A stretch of DNA of 64,000 nucleotides from the NCBI GenBank assembly GCA_963765495.1, contig CAVXWP010000001.1, positions 1,248,715-1,312,714 of the forward strand, in the 5' to 3' direction. This DNA comes from Blastocatellia bacterium. GTDB lineage: Bacteria; Acidobacteriota; Blastocatellia; UBA7656. Of this stretch, positions 30,167 to 39,700 are shown one piece after another. The notes under the pieces are model-generated. The model made no database searches and had not been told where the DNA came from. It saw only the letters and a list, made by a program, of their open reading frames with translations. Position numbers and translations under genes: made by a program. Within the stretch, counting starts at the first letter, position 1. Every line of letters begins with the position of its first letter.

Positions 30167-31051
30167 ATGAACGATGATGACATATCTGCCGCGACTCCGC
30201 AGACCGATACCGCGTTGATTGCGGGTGCGGGCGGTCTCCTGGGGCGATTCATGACCGACCGGCTTTCGCTCTCAGGCTGGCGGGTTGTGCCGCTCGCTCG
30301 CGCTGAACTCGATATTACAAATGAGGATGACGTGCAAAAGGCGATAGAGAGTGCGCGTCCCGGTGTAGTCATAAACTGCGCTGCGACCGCAGACGTTGAC
30401 AGGTGTGAGAGCGATCCCGAGTGGACCTTTGCCGTAAACGAAACGGGGCCGCGACTGCTTGCGCGGGCCGCGCGCGATGTGGGCGCAGAGATGGTTCACG
30501 TCAGCACCGATTATGTGTTCGACGGCACAAAAGAAGGTTTTTACACTCAGGAAGACGAACCCGATCCGCTCAGCGTATACGGGAAATCGAAGCTTGCGGG
30601 CGAGCGGGCGGTCGTTGAAGAAGCCGAGCGTTTCTATATCATAAGGACATCGTGGCTGTTCGGGCCGGGCGGGAAGAATTTTGGAAGTCGCGTGATCGAG
30701 TATGCCCGAAAGGGCGCGAGCCTCAAGGGGGTCACCGACCAGACCTCTATTCCCACCTATGCGCCTGACCTTGCGCGGCGAATCGAGGAAATAATAAACC
30801 TGAAAGCCCACGGCCTCTACCACGTGACGAACACGGGCGCGGGCAACTGGTATGAGTTTGCGCGGCTTGCGCTCGATCTTGCCGGGATGAGTGATGTTGA
30901 GATAACGCCTGTCGTCCGCGCCGATCTCAACCAGCCAGCGCCCCGCCCGACAAATTCCGCCATGCGATGTCTGGTCTCCGAGCAGTTGGGTCTTGCGCCG
31001 CTACGTCACTGGCGCGATGCGCTTGCCGAATTCATCCGCGAATACTCTTAG
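30167..31051 (+). CDS. rmlD: dTDP-4-dehydrorhamnose reductase
   Basis: GAGGLLG glycine motif, NCAATADVDRCESDPE, STDYVFDG and YGKSKLAGE, all RmlD hallmarks. The ATG at 30167 is preferred over the TTG at 30140. Confidence 0.8.
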   Translation: MNDDDISAATPQTDTALIAGAGGLLGRFMTDRLSLSGWRVVPLARAELDITNEDDVQKAIESARPGVVINCAATADVDRCESDPEWTFAVNETGPRLLARAARDVGAEMVHVSTDYVFDGTKEGFYTQEDEPDPLSVYGKSKLAGERAVVEEAERFYIIRTSWLFGPGGKNFGSRVIEYARKGASLKGVTDQTSIPTYAPDLARRIEEIINLKAHGLYHVTNTGAGNWYEFARLALDLAGMSDVEITPVVRADLNQPAPRPTNSAMRCLVSEQLGLAPLRHWRDALAEFIREYS

Positions 31052-31064
31052 AAAAAAAAGGGTT

Positions 31065-31128
31065 TTAGACAGGAATAACAGGATTTTAATTTTGTTCAAT
31101 CCAATCAAATCCTGTTATTCCTGTCTAA
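31065..31128. repeat. 21-bp perfect inverted repeat between convergent rmlD and the 761-aa AAA+ gene (bidirectional terminator candidate)
   Basis: ttagacaggaataacaggatt (31065-31085) with aatcctgttattcctgtctaa (31108-31128). The right arm encodes the last residues LDRNNRI of the minus-strand gene. Confidence 0.75.
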
Positions 31129-33390
31129 GATTATTTGCCCGCCTTCATCAATATCTGCCTGAATCTCTACATTGGTCATATCAGCGTGCTCGATCAGAAA
31201 TCTGGCAAGCGGCGCGACTATCATTTGCTCGATGGTCCGTTGCAAAGGGCGCGCTCCGTATCGCGCATCGAATCCTTCCCTTGCCAATCGTTTGACCAGC
31301 CTTTCGGTCCACGTCAGACGAATGCCTGCCTGACTCAACCCTTCCCGCTTGGAAATCTCCGAGAGTTCCTTGCCTGTTATCGCCAGAATCTTCTCTTCGT
31401 CCAGAGCATCGAATCTGACTATACGGTCAATGCGATTGAAGAATTCCGGGCGGAAAAATGACTGCGCCTCCGCGCTGTAAGATCGCGCCGCGCTGTTGTC
31501 AAAGCCTACCTGTTGCAGCTTATCTGCTCCGATGTTGGAAGTCATTATGATGATTGCGCTGCGAAAAGTCGTAGCGCGTCCAAAGCGGTCGGTCAATCGC
31601 CCTTCATCGAAAACGCTCAACAGCACATCGAATACTTCCGGGTCGGCCTTTTCTATTTCGTCCAGCAGCACGACCGCGAACGGCTGGCGGCGCATTCGTT
31701 TTATCAATTCGCCAGGCAACCCGTCGCTATTGCTTATCAATCTTTCAGCCGCGCCCGCGCCGCTGTACTCGCTCATGTCGAGGCGGACAAGGCGATCCTT
31801 TTCTTCGCCGTGGCCAAAAATAAATTCGGAAATGCTGCGGGCAAGTTCGGTCTTTCCCACCCCCGTGGGGCCGCAAAAAAGCATGACCCCGATGGGGCGG
31901 CCGGGGTCGTTCAATCCAGCTTTGAATGTTGTGACCAGATTGGCACCCGCCCGACACGCATCCTCCTGTCCGATGATCCGGCGGCTGAAATACTCGACGA
32001 CCTCCGACCGGTTCATCGGCAAATCATCGCGGAGGAAAAGCTCGGGCAACCCCGTCTGCTTTGTGAACTGATCGGTGACAGCGTCCGCGCTCACACTCTT
32101 TGAGTGATCGAGCGAGTGCGCGAGTCGGGCGCGTTCGAACAGGTCGGACAGAAACAGAATCGTCTTTCCCGGAAATGCTTGATACGGGACGAAGCGATGA
32201 AAGAGCCTGTAGACCAGTCCCGCAAGATCGGTTTCAGCCTCGATGTTATTGCTCAATTCCAGAGACCTGATCGAACGATTGAGAATCGAGAGACTCTTTG
32301 CGCGGTCGAACGGTTCGAGATTTAAGACCTGAAACAAATCTACAAGCCCGGGCAGCAATCTGCGACAGGCGTCGAGTTCTGCGGGTGTGGCCTCGGCTAT
32401 GAGTTGAAGCTCTCCGCGCTCAAGGTAAGGCATAAGAAACGCGGCGATTGACGCCTGCGGCTCGCGGCTTGCGGTCACAATCAAATCGAGAAGGTTTCCG
32501 ACCGCGAGCGCGCCGCTTATATCTGACAGTTCCTCGATCACGCGCTCGCACCGCGCCTCCCACTGACCGAGGTACTGCATCCCGGCGATCAGTCGGCCCC
32601 CGCCGGTCAGCCAGTAGCGTTGCCGATGCGGTGTTTCGCCCTCTTCAATCTTTTCGGCCTGCCGTTCGATGCTGCGCACCGCATTGACCAGCAGCGTAGT
32701 CTTACCTGATCCCGTTTCGCCAACGATGATGACGTTTGCTTTCTCTTTGCTGATTCGCTCGGCGAGGTCCGCGACTTCGCGTTCGCGTTCCCAGGCTTGA
32801 GAATATTGCCGTCTCATGCTCGGCTCACCCAGCGGTTCGGCCACGCTTGTGAGCGTCGAAAGATCGGGCTTGTACGCGTATGAGCGCTCTTTTCTGGGTA
32901 TATGCAATACAATCTCGTCAAGCATTACGGATTTCGGCGGCAGGTAGCCGGACAACTGGAGCGGAGTCATCCCCTTCAGACTTTCCTGAACATAGGTAGT
33001 TACAAGCTCTTTCAGACTCCTGGCTTCGTAGTAATAAAACCTTATTCCGAGTATCGGCAGCGCGCAGACGAGCAGCCCGCCTTCCTGTCGTCCGTGAACG
33101 CAGGCGATGCGCAAAAGTATCGGCTCATCGCCCGGGAAGATGCGATTTTCAACGCGATACTCCGGGCGCACGGCTACCTTGAAATGCACAAGACGAGCGT
33201 CAAGGAAATCGGGCTCCGCCTGCCAGGGATACTCTTCATACATCCAGACGATATATGCTTTCAGCTGAGCCGCCGCATCAGAGAGCGTCCTGCCGACGGC
33301 CGCGACAGGCGGGTCGTATTCGACGAGGCTGGCCGTGTGGCTGCCTTCGAAGTCTTCCCAGCTAAGATATGGAAATCGGTATGTCGGCAT
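31105..33390 (-). CDS. Clp/Hsp100-like double-AAA+ ATPase, paralogue C (761 aa, no C-terminal extension)
   Basis: D1: Walker A GETGSGKT, ClpA/B-type [18 protein letters not shown], and the Walker B position reads [10 protein letters not shown]. D2: [30 protein letters not shown]. The N-terminal ~190 aa is not AAA+. Confidence 0.8.
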   Translation of the reverse strand: [761 protein letters not shown]

Positions 33391-33400
33391 CTGAATATTG

Positions 33401-36400
33401 TTAATCCTGTCTAAACTCTAAAGGCAAATCGAGCCTCGCAAGCGCGAAGGCGCGAAGCTCGTGAGCGGTTGGCAGCTTCAAGGTTATAAGCCCCGACCGC
33501 AAATCGAGCGTATGACCCTGCTCTTCATAAATGCGAATCACCGGCAGCAACCGCGTGTCACTAAATCCCCTGAGAGATGTCTTCGCCCCTTCGCCTTCGA
33601 TGACGGGCAAGACCCTCACCTGAGCAGGAAAGATGTTCTCCTGCTCGGTATAAAACAGGTGCGTGCCCTCCTCGGTCTTCGCAAGCTTTTGCGCCTGCGC
33701 CCCTGTGATGAGCAACGCGCTCGCATTGTTTTCCAAAATCTCGCCGTCATTTTCCACCCCGGTTACATCCAATCCCAACTGGTTCCCAAACAGCTTTGTG
33801 TAAAGTTTGATGAGCCTTGCGCGGATGTCGCTTCCAGATTCGCTCAACGAACGGATGTGAATGAGGGCGCGGTTGTGTTTCGGATCAACGGGATCGGCTA
33901 TCGTTTCGAGCAGGCTCGTTTCTCGAAGCGCCACCGCCAGTTGATCTTCGATCTTGTCTCCGTAAGGCGGAGAGTTCGCCGCAAGTTCGCGCAGATAGCC
34001 CTGAACGGAAGGGGCCGCGATTATCTGTTTCCACAAATCCTGCTCGTCTGTCTGTCTCAATGTCATCTGTCCGGCGGCGAGGCTCCGCCCCCTGGAGCGA
34101 GCCTCGTGTCTTTCCTCCGGTCTGTCAATTCGTTCGGCGAGGCGGCGGCTGATGTTTCGGATGCGGCGAGCCTGTTCCTGAATCAGAAAGTAGCGATACT
34201 GATCCGGCTCAATCGCCTCGGGCGTGATCGGGCCTTCGGGGCGCAGGTGCGTTACCTCCGCTTCGATTCGGTCAACCGCCAAATCGATCCGGGCAAGGAC
34301 CGCCCTCGAATCCAAAGCCTCAATTATCACTCTCAAATAATCATCGGTCCTGGCACCGATAAGCGCATCCACGCTTACGGCGAGTCCCGTCTTGTCTGGG
34401 TAGAGGCTCACGATAGTGGGCGCGTCGGGTCTGAGAAGCGCGAGTCTTGCTGCGATTGGTTGAGTCAGTTGCTGTTCGAGCGCCCGCTTCAAGGCTCGCG
34501 CGCCCAGTTGCGGGTGGTAGCCCTCGTCTATGATTCGCTCCATCGCGCGCTCGTCCACACGAAGCACGCATTTTCTTCTGACGAGCCCCTCGCGGGCAAA
34601 GACTTCTTGAATAAGCGTTTGCGCGATCTTTCCTACATCTTCGCGGCGCAGCCTTTCGAAAGGGATCACGCGATCAAGCCGATTGAAGAATTCAGGCTTG
34701 AAGAATTTCTCGGCAGCCTGAATGTATGCCGATGCCTCGCGCGCGTGGTCCTGCCGAAAACCGAGATTGCTGCTCGCCTCTCTCACGCCGAGATTTGAAG
34801 TCATAATCAGGATCGCGTTTGTGAAATCTGCGGTGCGCCCGAGTGCGTCGGTCAATCGCCCGTCGCCCATCACCTGTAGCAGCAGATTGAACACATCGGG
34901 GTGGGCCTTTTCTATCTCGTCGAGCAGAACCACGGCGAAGGGGCGGCGGCGTATTGCGCTCGTCAGCAGACCCTCCGGCTGATCGAACGTGCCTACGAGG
35001 CGAGCCACCGAATAGGCCGAAGAGTATTCGTTCATGTCGAAACGCAGCATCTTATCGGCGTCGCCGAACAGATAACGCGCCACAGACTTTGCGCATTGCG
35101 TCTTGCCTACGCCGGTGGGGCCGAGGAAAAGGAAGGAGGCAATCGGGCGGTTGGGGTCGTTGAGTCTGGCTCTGGCTACGCACACGGCATCGGTAACGGC
35201 CTCGATGGCCTCGGTCTGCCCGATCACTTCATTGCCAATCGCCTCTATCACATCCCAGCGTTCGAGGCTTGCGCGGTTGCTCAAAAAAGTCATCCGAAGC
35301 CCGCTTTTTGCGTGGAATTCTTCGAGCACGGCTTCTCGAAGTATGCCTATGTTGCGGTACTTCACCGCGAGTTGATTTAGGAAAGCGGCGGCCTTGCCCG
35401 GAAACGCCGCGTCGCGCACATAGCGGCGCTCAAGATCGAGCACGGCGGGCAATACCTCTATGGCGAAATGGCAGTTGTGTTGTTGTTCGAGTCTTCTGAT
35501 CAGGCTGATGAGTATGCGAATCACATCACCTTCACCCGGCTCTCTTACCTGAATTACATGGAACAGATCGGCAAAGCCGCGATCTTTTTCCTGGAGAACG
35601 CGATAGGCTTCCGGGGTTATTTCGGCAAGCAGGCGAAATTGCCGCTTCTCGACAAATGGTTTCAATACGTCGGCCACGCTGAGAGTCGAACTGCTCGTCA
35701 CACCCGCATGAAAGAGTCCCAACAGGTCATCGAAGTAAAGTGTATGCTCGCGCTTTTCGGCTTCTTTCAGGATTGCGAGCAATCTGTTTTCCCACTGGCC
35801 TACATAAGACATGCCGGAGATGAGCCTCTGCGGAGAAAGCAGCCAGAGGTTTCTCTTTGACGAGTACCGCGATTTTTTTCGCGCCACTTTCTGATAGACA
35901 TACTCGTGAATGATGGCGGTCTTCCCAACCATTCGCGGACCCGCGAGCAGAACCGGGCGTTTGTCGACTCCCGAAAGCAGTCTGGTGATTTCTTCCACCT
36001 CGCGGTCGCGGCAGATCACCCGGCTCAACTCGTCAGGGAAGAGATGGTCAAGGCATCTGCCTACGGTGTCAAGCTCGGTCTCTCCGTCAAGCTCGGCGCT
36101 TGTGGTGAGAGCAGCGAATATCAATTCCTGTGGCGGCGTGGCTAACTGAGGCGGATGAATATCAAGATCGAGCGTAGTGACCCATGCCTTTCCTTCGACC
36201 GACATCTCTTCGGGTTTTGGCGCGCTCTTGGGGTCTCTCTTCTCCTTTTCACGGAAGTAGAGGACCAGATTTTCCGTAGCCCTGTCGGCGAGCGTCTCTC
36301 CCCGGCCCACTTCAAACCATAGATCGGGCACGCTCGGCGAAAAGGCCACCTTTCGGTCAAGCGCTTCGAAGGTAGCGATCAGGAAACGGCAGGCGACTTT

Positions 36401-36667
36401 ACGGCTCCCCAGATCGAGCACGAGCTTGAGCAGGTGATCTTCCACGACGGGTGAGAAAGAAAAGGCGGCTAATTCTTCGTGGCGCATCGACTTGCCCAGC
36501 CGCTTGATCTCCTCTCTGAGGTCCTTGACGAGTCTGTTCACAGTGCGGTTCAGGTCTTCGCCTCTCGCCACGGGGTCGGAAAAAAAGAGCGGGCGAACAG
36601 TGTAGAGGGGGGCGGGCGTCCCTTCGGGAGACAGCTTCTCGATGTAAAGAGGAATCGTGATGTTCAT
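33401..36667 (-). CDS. Clp/Hsp100-like double-AAA+ ATPase, paralogue B (1088 aa) with a release-factor-like C-terminal module
   Basis: D1: [34 protein letters not shown]. D2: [37 protein letters not shown]. About 300 aa of extra C-terminal sequence. Confidence 0.8.
   Translation of the reverse strand: [1088 protein letters not shown]
33404..34315 (-). other. Class-I release-factor-like module (domains 1, 2 and 4; GGQ domain absent) at the C-terminus of paralogue B
   Basis: Residues ~785-1088. [45 protein letters not shown] parallels RF1 [70 protein letters not shown] parallels [43 protein letters not shown] parallels [19 protein letters not shown]. No GGQ motif. Confidence 0.5.
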
Positions 36668-36722
36668 TTCTGAGTTTAATCTCTACGAGTCTAATTCTGG
36701 CTCTTTGTCACCCTTCGGTTGA

Positions 36723-39700
36723 TTATGTCGCAAAGAGCGAATTTGCGTCTTTGATGATGCGCTGTTCGATGGCCCCGCTTATTGCCTCGCTGATCTCCTG
36801 CCAGGAAAGCTTCTTCCTTAGCGCCGTGTCTTCGATGACAAACTCTTTCTGATTGAACAGGCGGCGTTTCTCTTGCGCTCCAACCGAGCCGCGTCGCTCA
36901 AGCCCCGCCGGAGGCTGATAACCGGCTATGGCTGCCTCGCTCGTGTGAACAAGGCAGGGCGTAGATTGTTTCTCTTCGACAAACAGATGCAGACCGCGCT
37001 CGGGCTCGTATCTGGGATAGGCGAGCGGCGCGCTTATCCCAAGCGCGATACCGACTACTTCCTTCCGGGCCGAGGCAAAAAATTCCTTTACATTCTCAAC
37101 CTTCTGTTTGATTGTCGGGCGTCCGAGCAGTTCGAACATCTCGATCTGTTGTTCGCTCTTGTCGCCCCTCTTTTGATCCGAATCGGTTGCCTGGCTTGCG
37201 AACTTGAAGACCTGAAGACTGGCCCCGATGTTATTGGCTGCGCGGCAGTATGCTTCCGCCAGTTCGAACAGCCATTTTGGATTTTCGCCGTAGACGGCAA
37301 GCGTGGCATAATCCGGCTTCTTGAATTGCAACGCGTATATGCAAAGCAGCACCTCGTCCCACTCTCCAGACAGCGCCAATAACAGGGCCGCAAGCTTTTC
37401 TTTCTCGCCACTCACCCGGCCGTAGACTGCAAGTAATGCTTTGTCTTCGAGGGCCGATATCTTTTCCATAAACGACTTCAACCGATCCATTCCGAGCTTG
37501 AGTCTGGGAAGTTGAGCCAGTCTCTCCATATCTTCGGCTCGTTTCCAGCCTTGCCCGGAGACTCTCTTTTTGAGTCGTTCAAGATTGAATATTTCGTTTT
37601 GCGCCTCAAGTACCGCCGGGCTGTGCTCAAGCCTCTGAGAGTTGCGGCGAATCTCGGCCACCTCTCTTGCGATCTCGCCCAATCCCCGGTCGGCTCTGGC
37701 GGCGAGCCGTTTGCTTTCGTCTTCCTTTCTCAGTTGCGCGGCAATTGAGAGCCGGTCGCCCTCTACGCCGACATCGGCTGAGAGCGATTCATTCGAAGAT
37801 TGCGTGTTCAAGACTTCGGCAAGCGGGACAAGAAGCTCGCGCTCGATTACTCGCTTCAAGGGGCGCGCACCATAACGCGAATCGTACCCTTTGCGCGCAA
37901 GATAGCCCGCCACATCATCTGCAATATTCAGCCCGACCGCGCGATAAAGTATGCCGTCGCGGTTCTTGAGCAACTCAAGCTCGCGTTTGGCAATGCTCAG
38001 AATAGTCTGCTCGTCGAGCGGAGCAAAGGGCACTATCCGATCTATGCGGTTGAAGAATTCGGGCCGGACAAAGGCGCGAACTTCGCTCAGAAAATGTTCG
38101 CGCGCCCTTGCCGCTTCATCCGACTCTTGCCCGAATCCTATGGAAGAACGCCGGAAAGATTCGGCCCCGAGATTGCTCGTCATGATGACAACCGAATTCG
38201 AGAAATCGGCCACACGTCCCTGCGCGTCGGTCAGCCGGCCTTCGCCAAGAACCTGAAGCAGCAGATCGAAAAACGACGGGTGAGCCTTTTCGAATTCATC
38301 CAGCAGGACCACGGCAAAGGGCTGCTCGCGCACTTTCGAAGTGAGCAATCCTTCCGCCCCCCAGACGCCGCCTATCAGGCGAGTGACCGCAAGCGGGCTG
38401 GCGTATTCGCTCATGTCGAATCTGATCATCCTCTCTTTGCTGCGGAAGAGAAACTCGGCAAGCGAGCGTGCCATCTCCGTCTTACCCACGCCGGTTGGCC
38501 CAATAAACATCAGCGATGCGATAGGCTTGCGCGGGCGAGCGAGCCGCGCCCTCACAATGGCGAGCAAATCCACGATGAGCGATACGGCATCCATTTGCCC
38601 GATCACCCTTTCGGCGAACCATTTCGCAGTCTCGCCCAGATCGAGCCTTTCAGTCGGATTCAACAGAAACAGCGGCAGCCCTGTCTCATTCGAAAAGGCA
38701 TTAATCACATCTTCAACCGAAAGCGGCTTCCCCGGCTCGCGGTCCTCAAAGAGGTTCCTGAGAAAACGTAACGGGCGACCGGGATAAGCCGAGTAGGTAG
38801 CGTACCTGCGATGCAGGCGATCGGTTGTTTCTAAGCCGTCAATATCTATGGCTACATCTTTAGGGCCGCTCGATTGGAGGGCATAACCGAGGAGGATGGC
38901 TTTGCCCTTTTCAATTGAAGGCTCTTCAATCTTGATTTGCGAAAACGCTTCGAGCAGTTGAGGGTCGTCGCGCTCGATTACGGGCAATTGCTCGGACGTG
39001 CATTCAGAGACGGCGAGCAAATCCCCCCGGCTGATGTAGGGGCGAAGGAAGGCGGCTATACCCTGGCTGCCGGATGCGCTTTTCCCAACCTCCATGAGTT
39101 CAAGGAGATTTCCAAGATGAAGTATCGCCTTCTGTTTCGATGCTTCGCGCCACAGCCGCCCGCAGCGCTCCTGCCACATGCCAAATCCCGACATGCCTGC
39201 TACCAGACGCGAGCCGCTCGTGGCCCAGAATGGAGTGCGACCCAGATTGAAATCGTGCCGTCGTCTGACCAACTCGTGCAAGGCTGCGGTCTTGCCTACG
39301 CCCGACGGCCCAACCAGCAATACGCTGCGCGGATTGCTCCCGGCCAGGGCTTCGGCTATGCGCGTCACGGTGTCGTCGAGTTCAAATCTCTGAGCCAGGC
39401 GCTCGCGTGTCAGATCGGTAGCGACCACATCGAGGACAGATTTATTCTCCTCTTTTCTCCCTTCGGACCCGTCCGCGATCTGTTTCGGAGCACGGATTGT
39501 AGCCGTGACGCTTGTCTGATCAAGCATCGTCATGCGATTTCTCTGAAGCCAGATGAGGTCTCCGAGCGAACCCGCCTTCTTGATTCTGAGCAGGTGCGCG
39601 TGGATGTTTGATGAAACCACCTGCTCGAACGTGTCGGGATCGCGCTCGACTACAAGTATGCCAAGCGCCGGAACATAAGCGAGATAACCATCATCGGCAT

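Noticed and set aside
33461-34798. Long plus-strand ORF (445 aa) antisense to the 1088-aa AAA+ gene. Similar shadow ORFs occur at 37800-38771, 38937-39611, 31496-32103, 27088-28116, 46919-47821, 49345-50061, 52390-53325 and 43203-43844.
   Set aside because: All lie entirely inside strongly supported genes on the opposite strand. Their compositions are Arg/Ala/Pro/Gly-skewed with no motifs. This is typical of antisense open frames in GC-rich coding DNA.
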